Positions 51,334 through 64,000 of a DNA stretch of 64,000 nucleotides are shown here, piece after piece. The translations under genes were made by a program, and so were the position numbers. This DNA is from Octopus bimaculoides (lineage: Eukaryota). A model generated the notes under the pieces. That model was not told the DNA's origin and searched no databases. It saw only the letters and a list, made by a program, of their open reading frames with translations. Location: the NCBI RefSeq assembly GCF_001194135.2, contig NC_068991.1, forward strand, positions 5,825,984 to 5,889,983, written 5' to 3'. How positions within the stretch are numbered: position 1 is the stretch's first letter; the number at the start of each line of letters is the position of its first letter.

Positions 51334-51553
51334 TCTGCCATTTTCACTAATGGAGCCTCTGTGGTGTGGTTAGATGACCACACCCTACACACTTCACTTC
51401 CAAACACTGTTATAAACCACGGAAGCGAGGGAGAACCTTATAACTGTGCATGCGCAACAGAGTTCAAGGCCATGCTGTGCCAAGCAGCTTCACACTGCGT
51501 ACTTTAGCTCTGTTACCATAGCAACAGCCCCAATATTTTTTGATCAAGCCTCA
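50995..51553 (-). mobile_element. Internally deleted mariner element
   Basis: Imperfect TIRs (CAAGGTCCAGTCAAAAAG / TTTTTGATCAAGCCTCA) with TA flanks; minus-strand transposase C-terminus EFQEC..W...VASERDYFKG. Confidence 0.75.
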
Positions 51554-51620
51554 TAAATTCATTAATTATATGTCATCCATTGATTTGATAAAAATTAATA
51601 TTTCAAAGAATTGAGATTAA

Positions 51621-51842
51621 CCCTTTCGTTACCAACCTGGCTGAAACCAGCTCTGGCCCTGTAGTACAAATGTCTTGTTTTCAAAAGTTCTAAGTTAAAA
51701 TTTTCCACCAAACTTTAGTCACAATTTATGTTCCTAACACTAGCTGAATGATAACAAAATTATTTTACTAAATTCTTTGTTATATTTAAAATTAATTAAA
51801 AGAAACACAGAGCATCTCAAAATAAATACGGTAACGAAAGGG
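51621..51842. mobile_element. piggyBac-type MITE
   Basis: Perfect 13-bp TIR CCCTTTCGTTACC / GGTAACGAAAGGG with TTAA target duplications at 51617 and 51843. Confidence 0.92.
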
Positions 51843-52499
51843 TTAAACCATGCGATATAATATTAGTCTTAGAGACAAGATGTAACGTATTAGTGCTCCT
51901 ACATGAAAGAAAGTGCTTGGAAAATATTCCTAATTACTAAACCATTATCACTAGTTTGTACCAAGATTTACAGATGTAGCTGAAATTCCTTTTGCAACAA
52001 AAGCAATGTCTTAACTTCACACAGCAAGAAAAGGTTTTTAAGAAAACAACTTTCTCACACAATATCCTGTTTTGGCAACATTTTTTTATTGAGTGTGAGA
52101 GAATGCAAAAAAAAAAAAAAAAAAAAAACCCCATAATACTTCTGACTTTGAAGTCACAGGAATAAATGAGTCAGAATGGAAACTCCATAACATGTTTTAG
52201 TCAAATGCCTGATGGTACTCAGAGAAACTGGAGCAACATTAGATGTGAAACCTGTATGGTGACATGGTCTTTTTTGAAGGATTGACATATTTTCTCTTGG
52301 CTTCTTTTATCTTTTACTTGTTTCAGTCATTGGACTGCAGCCACGCTGGGGCACTGTCTTGAGGGGTTTTAGTCAAACAGATCAATTTCTTGCTGGACCA
52401 CTAAGTTATGGGGATGCAAACAAACCAACACCAGATGTCAGGCAGTGGTGGGGAACACATTCAAGCACTCACATGTATACATATATATATATGTATGCA

Positions 52500-52564
<65 letters not shown>

Positions 52565-53620
52565 ATATATGTATATATATATATTTATGTGTTTGTGTTT
52601 GTCGTCCACCACCTCCACCTCACAGCCAGTGTTAGTTTGTTTATGTCCCTGTAACTTAGTAGTTCACCAAAAACGACTGATAGATTAAGTGTCAGACTTT
52701 TATAAAATAAGTAATGGGATTGTTTCGTTCAGCCAAAACCCTTCAAAGCCATGCCCCAGCATGGCCACAGTTCAATGGTTGAAACAAGTAAAAAAAAAAA
52801 AAAAAAAGAGAGAGAGAGAGAAAAGAAAAACGAAGTATAAATATTATTTTAATGAGACATTTAAGTCTGTTTTGATTCCACAAGCTTTTAATATTTGGAG
52901 ATAAATTTGTTGAATTTTAATATTTGGAGTTTAAATTAGTTTATGATGAGAGCATCTGAGAATTCTTCAAATTTGAATCAGTCGATCGTGACTTCATTTT
53001 GGTCTTTTTTTTATCAGTTTCATGAATGGATGTGTTTATTCACATTTGTATGCCGTTCCAAAATGGCAAATGTCACTGGGAAAATTTTATTAGTTCTGAG
53101 AAACGGTCACAGAATACTGAGCATCAGATATTAATCATTCCAACACCATTTGGAACTGAGGGCAGCTCATCCAATTTCATTTTCAGTCGAATCACTTAAT
53201 TGTCAACACAAATAGCACTTAAAATTCCTTACATCTATCCTCAATGAATAATGGTTTCAAATTTACAGAAGGAAGAACAAATATCTAATGCACATTGTAA
53301 AATGGTAAGCATCAGGAAGGGTGCCAAGCCCTAGAAACCACGTGCAAGATGACATTGGGGTGCAGCTGGTGCAGCTCTGTTTGGTTGGGTCCTGTCAGAC
53401 TGTCCAACCCATGCCAGCATGGAAGATGGATATTAAATGATGATGACGACCACGATGAGGAGACTGGGGCAAAAATAACTGAAGTGATGGATGTAGTAGC
53501 CTTCAATTCATGGCTATAATAACGAATTAGTTTCCTAATTATTCATGGTAATGCTTTGTGCATCAGTGTTTTGTTGGATGGTGTTGAAGAACAAAGACAG
53601 AATGGTAAATGGGAGAAAGG

Positions 53621-53654
<34 letters not shown>

Positions 53655-56483
53655 CTGATAATATATCAAAAAGGTATTTTAAATCATTAAGTAATTTGGT
53701 AAGTAAACTAATGACAGACTTCAATCAAAACATAATTGTGACATTCTCTCTGTTGCTGACAATGTTCCATACAAACACCACTAATAAATACAATAAAGGA
53801 AAATGGTTTTAGAACCAAACAAAATAATTAGCTGATGTTGCTATTTCGTTTCATTTATATCCACTAATAGCCTTGGTAAAAAAAAATATTATATCACAAG
53901 GTTAATTTCCCCTTCCCTTTAACATACTCACCAGTGTTATTTGTTGCCAGAAACCATCCCCATTACAGATCTGTTGTTTCATCTAAATCAGTTCTCGCAA
54001 GAATAGACTTCTGGTCAAAAACAAACCATTCCATCCATGACTATCCATGCTTGTTTTCAGACATTGTCTATCTAGGATTCTATTATCCAGTGTGTATCTT
54101 CCATTTTTTTTAAGATAACAGGATATAATTTTAAAGATTTGACAGCTGTTCTTGGCAGTCTGAGTGATTACATAGAGTGTCGCTGTTGTTGTTTAGACCT
54201 AGGTTGGCCTTGATTGAGTAGGCCTATGATCAAAAGCATTCTAGTTTTAATATACCTATGACTGTACCGATCAATATGTCCTTAAATACTCTTTATAACA
54301 GTTACAACAGGAAGCAACAATCGTGGTCAGCCATGTGCTATATAATAGAAGATACATATCTAAGATGCCATACCAAAGGACTGAACCTGAGACCTCATGT
54401 TAAGACGCTCACTTTCCAGCACTCAACCATGCCTACATGTGAATGTATGACATTTAATAATTAGCCGTGTTCTCTAATGTTAAATGTTAAATACTTACTA
54501 CATGTGAACGCACGTCTTCAAGTTCTTGACTTCTTGGACTCGTTTCAACATTACGAAAGTAATTAGAACATTCATTATAAATCTGGTCGCATTGTTCATT
54601 TTCATTTCAAGTTTCTTTCGGTGGAAGTGGCTGTCTTTGAGTGCTTCCTTGCCACACATATCTGCTTTCTCAAGTAGACACATGAATTAAAATAATGAGT
54701 TTGCAGACATTCCTGGCAGATGCAACATTGTGCCGATACAGTTGTCCATATTAATTGTGTTGTATTGTAGTACGACTTGATGTGACGCATGCCTGGCATG
54801 GATAATGATAATCGACTTTCAAACTGTGACTCCTCCCCTTCATAGTCATAGTTGTCATCATCATCATCATCATCCCATCATCATTATCACCATTATCATC
54901 TTCCTCAGCATTATTACATTCATTGTCCTCATCCTTATTGTCGTCGTCCTTTTCATCATCATCGCCACCATCATTATCATCATCACCACCATTTTATGTC
55001 TGTTTGCCATTGTGGAATGGGTTGCATAGGCCTCGCAGTGCCATGGCACCTTTTTATCGTGGTGCCTACATAGGAAAGAGTGGAGGCACAATGGCCCAGT
55101 GTTTAGGGCAGCGGACTCGCGGTCATAGGATCGCGGTTTCGATTCCCAGACCAGGCGTTGTGAGTGTTTATTGAGCGAAAATTTCAATGATGTGATTCTT
55201 TATTTTTAGAATGACATTGTAGGGTAGGTATGAGAGGCTGGATCTGGCTAGTTTGATTGTAAAACAAGTTAGAATATTTGAGCCAGATTTGACTGATTTA
55301 AATTGTAAAGGGTTATGGGCTTACTCAAAGAAATCACTCCTTGTTCTTAATTTTTGAGGTCTAGTATTTATTTTATTGGTCTCTTTTGCCCAACTGCTAA
55401 TTTACAGGGTTGTAAACAAACTAACACCAGTCGTTAAGCAGTATGGGGAACAAACACAGATATGTTGGCAGGGGGGGGTCTGTGAGTGGCCTTCATCCCA
55501 AAGCCATTCTGTGACTAATTAACCCATTGTTGGAACCTTGGCAGGTCCTTCTAGAGCAGACATGGAAACGATGATGGCTAAGCAAGGATTCCATGATTCC
55601 ACACTCCTCAAAACCTTCAAACACCCAAACCAGGACCCTACTACCAGATGCAGTTTGAAGTCATATCATATTCGACAGTAAGGCCTTAGGTATTGCTGAA
55701 GAGACAGGATAATCGTGGCTGGGATGTTTTGGCCATATATTTGCTCGACTAATGTTCACCTGAGCTAAATAACAACACCAACACACACACACAGACACAT
55801 GTGCGCGCACACACAAGAAATTCTACGTTGGCCGAGTTTACACACAGCCTGTCCACACTGCTGCTGCAGTAATGTGTTGTATCATGGTTGACACAATGTA
55901 AATATTTACAAGTAATGTGACTTGTTTGTCTCGATTTCTTGACAAAATAATAATAGTTTAGGTTTTAATTCATCAGAAACTGCTAAATAAAATATAGAAC
56001 AAAACAAAACAGAAAAAAAACAATGAATTTCTTTTGGTTTTGGTGATGAATTTCCAGTTAGTCCCACTTTGTGGCACCTTAAGCAAGTGTCTTCTGCTAT
56101 AGCTCCAGGCTGTCCAAGTGACTGCCCCCAGAAAAGAGATACAGAGATCAGTTGAAGAAAATTCTTCACCTTTCTCCCAGCTTTGAGATCTTCCTCCCAA
56201 AAAGGTTAGTAACATCCTGATAAAAGATTTTATAACTTTTTTTAAAAAACGATTTTTTAAAAGAATATCCCCTTTACTCTTAAAAATTATCTTAAGTAAT
56301 TCTTTGTAAAGGCTTTCAAATATATCAGGCATAGGCGTGGCTGTGTAGTAAGAAGCTTGCTTCCTAACCACATGGTTCTGGGTTCAGTCCCACTGCGTAT
56401 ACATCTTAAGCAAGTGTCTTCTACTACAGCCTCGGGCCGGCCAAAGCCTTGTGAGTGGATTTGGTCGATGGTAACTGAAAGTT

Positions 56484-56781
56484 CACAACATTCCTTTCAC
56501 CAGACAGAAAGACTTGGTGCAGCATTTACGACAAAGAAGTCAAAGACTTCAAGCAATGTTGACGCTACCATTTTGAGGGAAAACGACTATGTTGGCATGA
56601 ACTTTATCTCTGCTCTCATTCGAAGGTGGAGCATTGCTATTGAGAGAAACGGTGACTATGTTGAGAAGTAGGGATGTGATCCTACAGAGGACCAGCTTCA
56701 TTTTGATGTATGGTACATGTTCCTCTGTTAGTAATTTTACCTGTCCTAAACAAAATAGCATTACTTTTTGACTCAGCCTCG
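56484..56781 (+). mobile_element. Mariner 3' remnant
   Basis: LIRRWSIAIERNGDYVEK* followed by TIR CATTACTTTTTGACTCAGCCTCG and TA. Confidence 0.75.
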
Positions 56782-57199
56782 TATTATATTTGGATAGTGT
56801 ACAAGATGCACTTTTCCTTTTTAAAAAAAATGCGATTTAGATGAGAAATTAGAAATTTAATATATCATACACCACTGAGAGGCATGACCACACAGCTGAA
56901 ATTGGGGTATGGTTAATGTGGCTATGTGTTTTTAACGCCATCAAATACAGGGTGTAGACTGCATTTGTCATGCACCTTTTTCTTTCTCTTTATTGTTATT
57001 GTTAACCACATGTGATGTACAAATGTACTCAGACCTGCTTTTACTACATTCTTTGTGAAGGTGGGAGGTGGGGGGCTGGGAGTGTAGTGAGGGAGGACGT
57101 TTGACTGAGAGCATTGGCCCTGTTTTGTATGTGGGTTAGCACACAATCAAGTTCAAATGCTGCACTGTAAACAGACAGACACAACCTAGGACAAACGTG

Positions 57200-57975
57200 T
57201 GAACAACAGTAGAACATGCTTAGGCTCAAAAGAAATGAAGCTAGCATGATCCGCTGGATGTGTAATGTCAGTGTATACACACGACAGAGTGTACGCGCCC
57301 CAAGAGAAATGTTGGACATAAGAAGCATCGGATGTGGCGTGCAAGAGAGACGTTTGTGCTGGTATGGTCATGTATGAGGATGAGGAGAGCTGTGTGAAGT
57401 GCTACTCCCAAACAGTAGAAGGAATCTGGGGTAGAAGGAGACCCAGGATGACATGGGATGAGGTAGTGAAGCATGACCTTCGAACATTGAGCCTCAAAGA
57501 GGCAATGACAAAAGACAGAGACCTCTGGAGATATGCTGTGACTGCGAAGACTCGGCAAATAAAGTGAGTTCACGGCTGTATCCTACACCAGTGTCGCATA
57601 ACCAGCCCCAGCCCATTCAAATGTACCTTGGATCGTAGGGCGACCTGCTGTGCTTGAGGAGACCTATTGAGTCAAGTACATCAACATCAAAATGAAAATC
57701 AAATGGAAATTGTAGTTGTGATACCCGTGTCGGTGGCACATAAAAAGCACCATCCGAATGTGGCCGATGCCAGCGCCGCTTTGACTGGCTTCCGTGCTGG
57801 TGGCATGTAAAAAGCACCCACTACACTCATAGAGTGTTTGGCGTTAGGAGAGGCATCCAGCTGTAGAAACGCTGCCAGATTAGACTGGAGCCTGGTGCAG
57901 CCTCCTGGCTTCTCAGACTCCGGTCGAACCGTCCAACCCATGCATGCATGGAAAACGGACATTAAACGATGATGA
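57200..57975 (+). mobile_element. RTE-clade LINE, 5'-truncated: ORF2 C-terminus, 3'UTR and (GAT)n tail
   Basis: Frameshifted translation NEASMIRWMCNVSV...QERRLCWYGHV...GRRRPRMTWDEVVKHDL, typical of RTE ends. Its 3'UTR is the same sequence as the dispersed repeats at 24243-24457(-), 27125-27500, 53310-53460, 59800-60147 and 63003-63143(-). Confidence 0.88.
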
Positions 57976-58005
57976 TGATATATATATATTTATATACACA
58001 TACAT

Positions 58006-58040
<35 letters not shown>

Positions 58041-58883
58041 NNNNNNNNNNNNNNNNNNNNNNNNNNNNNNNNNNNNNNNNNNNNNNNNNNNNNNNNNNNN
58101 NNNNNNNNNNNTATATATACACACACACACACATACATGCATGCATATATGTATATCATGCTAGCATGGAAAGCGGACGTTAAACGACGATGATATTATA
58201 TATATATATATATATATACACACACATACACACACATACATATGTATATCATCATCATTGTTGTCATTGCTTAACAGTCTGCCTTCCATGCCATGCTACT
58301 ATGGGTGGGACATATATACATATGTGTATATATCTATATCTATATATATATATATATGTTTGTGTGTGTGTATACAGAGAGATAGAGAGAGAGGCATGTG
58401 TATGTTGACCTGATCTAGATAAGCTCAAGTCACTTCCACAATCATGGAGGAGCCAGTTCCACATTTACTGAAGTAATGCGAAGGAAGTGACAGGTTATCA
58501 TGGCCTGTCTTTACTACGATGATGGTGACAAAGGCAATAATAATATTTAATGGTACACCACCACCTCCAGCTATTTCTCTCTTTTCTTGTAATTATGTCA
58601 CCCCGGCCTCTTTCTTCCCCCCTCTCTCTCTCTTCCCCTCTTCCTACACCTCCTCAACGCCAGCGCCATTTCCTTTCTTGGTAGTTTCATGTCTTCTTAT
58701 GTCACATTGTCACAACTTGTTTAAGACATTTAGCGATGCTTCTGACATGTGTACACCATCTGTGAGCATATACATATACACTCACCAGATTATATATATA
58801 TACACTAGCAGAGCTTGTGTTTGTGTCTTCTTACACACATGCACACATTTATATATCTATGTTCTTACATCCTTATAATAGCA

Positions 58884-58923
<40 letters not shown>

Positions 58924-58982
58924 TATATCATCATCATCGTTTAACATCCACCTTCCATGCTAGCATGGGTTGGATTTATATA

Positions 58983-59018
<36 letters not shown>

Positions 59019-61633
59019 GGNNNNNNNNNNTATATATAGAGAGAGAGAGAGAGGGGGGGGGAAGACAGATAGATAGATAGATAGACACACACACACACAC
59101 ACACACACTGGATGTATCTACCCAGCCACACCCTTGCAATTAAAAACACTTGCCTTCAAATCTTGAAACAAAATCTGATTATTTGCTCTGTGTCTTGGAC
59201 TGTGTGCATGTGTGTGTTTGAATGTGTGTGTTTGTATCCAACTTACAATTGTCCTGACGATTTGATGGTTCATAATGCTGTTTCATACACAAATACACAC
59301 ACGAATGCATACACGCACACACACACACACACACACATGCTCTGTCTCTCCTTTTATTTTCCATTCCCTCTTCCCCACCATCCTTTTCTCTTCCTCTCAC
59401 ATTTCCTCTCTTTCACTTTTTACTCTATCAATATCTTCCTTTCACTCACTCTGTTTCCTTTTGCTTTTCTCTTCCCTCCCTCTCTCTCTCTCTTCTTTTG
59501 TCTCTCTTGACCTCGTTTTCTTTTGATTTGTTTTGGAATTTTTTTTTGTCCTCCTGCTCTGTATTTTTTCCTTAGTTTCAGTTATTTCACTGCTACCATG
59601 CTCTGGTACCCCCACCACCACCACCAGACCCTCAACTGCACAAGGGGTGGGGGGGGACTCTCCTTTTCACTAACTTTTACCCACTCCAACAAAAATATAA
59701 ACACAACCACCACCACCACCACATATGACACTGTAGTCTCTCTCCTTCTCTGTCTCTGTCTGCATATCTCTCTCTCTCTCTCTATTTATATATATATATC
59801 CATGCCAGTGGCATGTAAAAAGCACCATTTGAGTGCAATCGTTTCCAGCTTCGCCCTACTGGCACTTGTGCCGGTCGCATGTGAACAAAACATTGGACTG
59901 ACTCCTGTGCAGGTGGCATGTAAAAAACACCATTTGAGCGTGGCTGTTGCCAGTACTGCTGGACTGGCCCTCGTGCCAGTGACGCATAAAAAGCACCCAG
60001 TACACTCTGCTGAGTGGTTGGTGCTAGGAAGGGCATCCAACTGTAGAAACTCTGCCAGATTAGATTGGAGTCTGGTGTAGCCATCTGGTTTGCCAGTCCC
60101 CAGTCAAATCGTCCAACCCATGATAGCATGGAAAGTGGACGTTAAATATATAAAGCAAAGGGGCCAATACAGCTCAGCACCAATGATGTCACAACTCATT
60201 TCTATAGCAGAGTAAACTAGAGCAACATGAAATAAAGTGTCTTACTCAAGAACACAACACACAAACCAGTCCAAGAATCGAACTCACTACCTCATGATTA
60301 TAAGCCTGACACACTAACCACTAAGCCATGTGCCTTCTTTTAGAGATTGCACCTAAAAAGTTCCCCCTCCAAGGCACAAGTCCAAGCTAGCTTGCTTATG
60401 GAAGACCAGCAGTCACCGATGCATACTAACCAAATTTATGAAGATGCTTTGGACAAATAAAGGGTTAAAAAGAGGGGAAAAGACAGCTTAGATACCTAAG
60501 TGATAGATATACCAAAAGAAAGGATGATCACTGCTTGATTAGGGCAGACCAGCCAAGTAAGGGAGCAGGGATGCTAAACAACAATAACAAAACCAGATTA
60601 ATGTCATTAAGCTAAATTCCAGAAGAAACAGATTAGCCTAATTTTTTTCACAATAATGGAAATATTAATCCTCTGTAAAATGGCTAAAATACTGTTGACA
60701 TGCGTCTTATATATCTTGTCTTTAACCCATAAAGCTCTGCATGGAAAGCAGACATTAAACGATGATGATGATGATGTTTCATACAGGCATGGATTAGGCA
60801 ATTCAGCATGGACTGCTTAGCTCCAGTATCTACTTTGGCATAATTGCTGCTGCTAGATGCCCTTCATAATAGCGACCACTTCACAGAGAGTAGTGGGAGC
60901 TGCACTGGTGAGGTCACCAAGTAACTTACAAGACAAGACCCCCCCCCCCGCCTTAACTGAGAGGGGTTTAGTATTAAGGGAAATGAAAGTATGATCGACG
61001 GACAAAAGAATATCTCATNNNNNNNNNNNNNNNNNNNNNNNNNNNNNNNNNNNNNNNNNNNNNNNNNNNNNNNNNNNNNNNNNNNNNNNNNNNNNNNNNN
61101 NNNNNNNNNNNNNNNNNNNNNNNNNNNNNNNNNNNNNNNNNNNNNNNNNNNNNNNNNNNNNNNNNNNNNNNNNNNNNNNNNNNNNNNNNNNNNNNNNNNN
61201 NNNNNNNNNNNNNNNNNNNNNNNNNNNNNNNNNNNNNNNNNNNNNNNNNNNNNNNNNNNNNNNNNNNNNNNNNNNNNNNNNNNNNNNNNNNNNNNNNNNN
61301 NNNNNNNNNNNNNNNNNNNNNNNNNNNNNNNNNNNNNNNNNNNNNNNNNNNNNNNNNNNNNNNNNNNNNNNNNNNNNNNNNNNNNNNNNNNNNNNNNNNN
61401 NNNNNNNNNNNNNNNNNNNNNNNNNNNNNNNNNNNNNNNNNNNNNNNNNNNNNNNNNNNNNNNNNNNNNNNNNNNNNNNNNNNNNNNNNNNNNNNNNNNN
61501 NNNNNNNNNNNNNNNNNNNNNNNNNNNNNNNNNNNNNNNNNNNNNNNNNNNNNNNNNNNNNNNNNNNNNNNNNNNNNNNNNGGTGAGATGTCAAGATTTC
61601 TCGACATAGACACTACAATATTTCCTCATAAAA

Positions 61634-62015
61634 AAGCAGCGAGCTGGCAGAAACGTTAGCACGCCCGGCGAAATGCTTAATGGTATTTCATCTGTCTTTA
61701 CGTTCTGAGTTCAAATTCCGCCAAGGTCGACTTTGCCTTTCATTGTTTCGGGGTTGATAAATTAAGTACCAGTTGCATACTGGGGTCGATCTATTCGACT
61801 GGCCTCCTCTACAAAAATTTCAGACCTTGTGCCTAGAGTAGAAAAGATTATTTTATTTGGAACTTTACATTCTGAGTTCAAATTCTGCTGAGGTCGACTT
61901 TGCCTTTCATCGTTTCAGGGTTGATAAATTAAGTACCAGTTGCATACTGGGGTCAATCTAATCGACTGGCCTTTCCACAAAAATTTCAGGCCTTGTGCCT
62001 AGAGGAGAAAAGAAT
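61634..62015 (+). mobile_element. SINE family B, tandem pair
   Basis: Same consensus as 12864-13087; full copy 61634-61849 plus a 5'-truncated copy 61862-62015. Confidence 0.88.
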
Positions 62016-62037
62016 ATATATAAAAAGCTAAGTCATA

Positions 62038-62256
62038 AGCGCAGGAGTGGCTGTGTGGTAAGTAGCTTGCTTACCAACCACATGGTTCTGGGTTCAGTCC
62101 CACTGCGTGACACCTTAGGCAAGTGTCTTTTACTGTAGCCTCAGGCCGACCAAAGCCTTGTGAGTAGACAGAAACTGANNNNNNNNNNACTGTAGCCTCA
62201 GGCCGACCAAAGCCTTGTGAGTAGACAGAAACTGAAAGAAGCCCGTCGTATATATG

Positions 62257-62287
<31 letters not shown>

Positions 62288-62495
62288 ATGTTTGTGTGTC
62301 TGTGTTTGTCCCCCCCCAACTTCGCTTGACAACCAATGTTGGTGTGTTTTCGTCCCTGTAACTTAGCAGTTCGGCAAAAGAGACCGATAGAATAAGTACT
62401 AGGCTTACAAAGAATAAGTCCTGGGGTCGATTTGCTCGACTAAAGGCGGTGCTCCAGCATGGCAGCAGTCAAATGACTGAAACAAGTAAAGGAGT
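62038..62495 (+). mobile_element. SINE family A, full length
   Basis: Highly similar to the reverse complement of 743-1136. Confidence 0.9.
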
Positions 62496-63142
62496 ATGTG
62501 TCATTTTTTTTCTTTTTCCTTTTTTTTTTTTTTGTTTTCTTGTGCTGAAGCAGCAGTGTGAAAGTAGGAGACTTTCAAAAGGCAGTGAGTGAGTGACAGT
62601 AAGAGAATTAAAATGAAAATGAGTGGAAGGATGAGGTGTTGATTACAGACTTGAATCTCAAATGACAAAGAGAGAAAGAGTGGGAGCGGGACGAGAGTAG
62701 CAGGCTAATAAATGAGAAAGAGGGGAAACTTAACAAAGATTCCTATTTCAAAACAAGCCAACCAGGGTTAAAATATAAAAGACAGCTAAGTCCTTTGATG
62801 TCATTTAGAGTTCAACTAACTAAGCAGCCTGCCACCTGCTTTAACGTTACAGATTGAGGATTACAAAGGTTAAAGAAAACACATTGAATCAAATATTTTA
62901 GCAAAGAACTTTGTAACTTAGGAAAAAAACTCAATGAACTCTGACGGCCCATTTATTCAAGATGAAGATTTCAAGACCTAAACAGAAGACATGTTCAGAA
63001 GATCATCATCATCATCATCGTCGTCGTTTAACGTCCGTTTTCCATGCTGGCATGGGTTGGAAGATTTGACTGGGGACTGGCAAGCCAGGAGGCCGCACCC
63101 GGCTCCAATCTGATCTGGCAGAGTTTCTGCAGCTGGATGCCC

Positions 63143-63594
63143 TGAACAAAGTTGGCTGAGATCTCTTACCCCATCCACCATATTCTCATGATATTGTGCC
63201 ATCCGGCTACCACTTGTTTTTGTCTCTTCAGAACTCGTTGCAAGGAAAAACATTTGACAATTTAGATGGAGTCAAATGCATCTACAGGGTGTCCACAAAG
63301 TCTGGGTACACAGGGATTAACACATACTTTAAGAAATTATTATTTCTTATATTTAATTGTTTATGTTATGATTTTATTTACTCCATGTACCCAGACTTTG
63401 TGGACACCCTGTAGATAACTTTTTTTTTTCTTCGAAACCAGTCAAATTTTATGCTGATGGAATATTTAAATTGCAAAGGTCATTAATAATAATGGAAATG
63501 ATTTCGTTGAATAAAATTTATTGAAAGGGTGAATATTTATATCCCTTTTTTGCATATTAAAAGAAAAACACTCGGAACTTTCCAAACAACCTAA
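63143..63594 (+). mobile_element. Mariner 3' remnant interrupted by a MITE
   Basis: LLPHPPYSHDIVPSGYHLFLSLQNSLQGK; terminal GGAACTTTCCAAACAACCTAA followed by TA. Confidence 0.85.
63285..63411. mobile_element. 127-bp Tc1/mariner MITE
   Basis: 26-bp perfect TIR CAGGGTGTCCACAAAGTCTGGGTACA with TA duplications. Confidence 0.92.
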
Positions 63595-64000
63595 TAGAAG
63601 ACTCTTGCCCAATGTGCCATGCAGTGGGACTGAACCCGGAACCATCTGATTGGGAAACAAGCTTCCTACCACACAGCCACACCTGCGCCTATGACATCTC
63701 TTAATGAATAAAAGCCCTGCTGTTAGGATAAAGAAGAAAAAGGCTCTCAACACCAAGAAGTCCACACGTAGGACATTTGTAAGACACACAGACATCAGAA
63801 AACAACAACAAAAGAAATAAACAAATAAACTCCTCATTTATCTTTTGTATTGCAAATATACCAGAGTGTTATTTAAAGGTCTTCTCTCAAGTCTGTTGCC
63901 AGGTAGAGAGAGAAGGATTCCTGCGACAGCTGGGTCTGTTGGTAAGGAATTGGCAGATGGTCTTATTCATTGTAACATTTTAACATTACACGGCAGGGAG

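Noticed and set aside
54495-54800. Possible degraded DDE transposase fragment
   Set aside because: Only a vague DNC-like motif with stops and no TIRs; cannot be supported.
55081-55152. tRNA-Arg gene
   Set aside because: The acceptor stem is not formed and the sequence continues into a SINE body; the same head occurs in several SINE copies.
62132-62235. 47-bp direct duplication inside a SINE
   Set aside because: The copies flank a 10-N gap and are identical, typical of unmerged contig overlap.
44970-64000. ZIP9 exon 2 (expected KLKLVTVLGAGLL.GTAL..IIPEG-like)
   Set aside because: Searched by eye and not found; it is either beyond the window or inside an N gap.

Overview
Eukaryotic, AT-rich, microsatellite- and gap-rich genomic window. 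The SINE, RTE, Penelope and Tc1-mariner repertoire points to an octopus (coleoid cephalopod) scaffold; the species is an inference. Almost all ORFs in the supplied track are microsatellite or N-gap artefacts. Reading spliced exons by hand gives two real genes that the track misses, arranged head to head. (1) A minus-strand ERH (enhancer of rudimentary homolog): exons 26392-26305, 26149-26029 and 23171-23078, first exon unresolved with best candidate 30913-30851. (2) The first coding exon of a plus-strand ZIP9/SLC39A9 zinc transporter (44874-44969), followed by an intron of at least 19 kb. As I recall it, human ERH/SLC39A9 have the same divergent arrangement, which would make this a very old microsynteny. 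The rest is TE debris: several tRNA-derived SINE families, RTE, Tx1/L1, CR1-like and Gypsy fragments, several Tc1/mariner lineages, piggyBac/hAT MITEs, Penelope-type ends carrying minimal hammerhead-ribozyme-like motifs, several long fold-backs and a 65-bp minisatellite with a higher-order period. I found no CRISPR array, rRNA or true tRNA gene, and no clearly novel multi-gene system. The most interesting points are the ERH-ZIP9 pair, the divergent and possibly N-extended ERH, and the hammerhead-like motifs.
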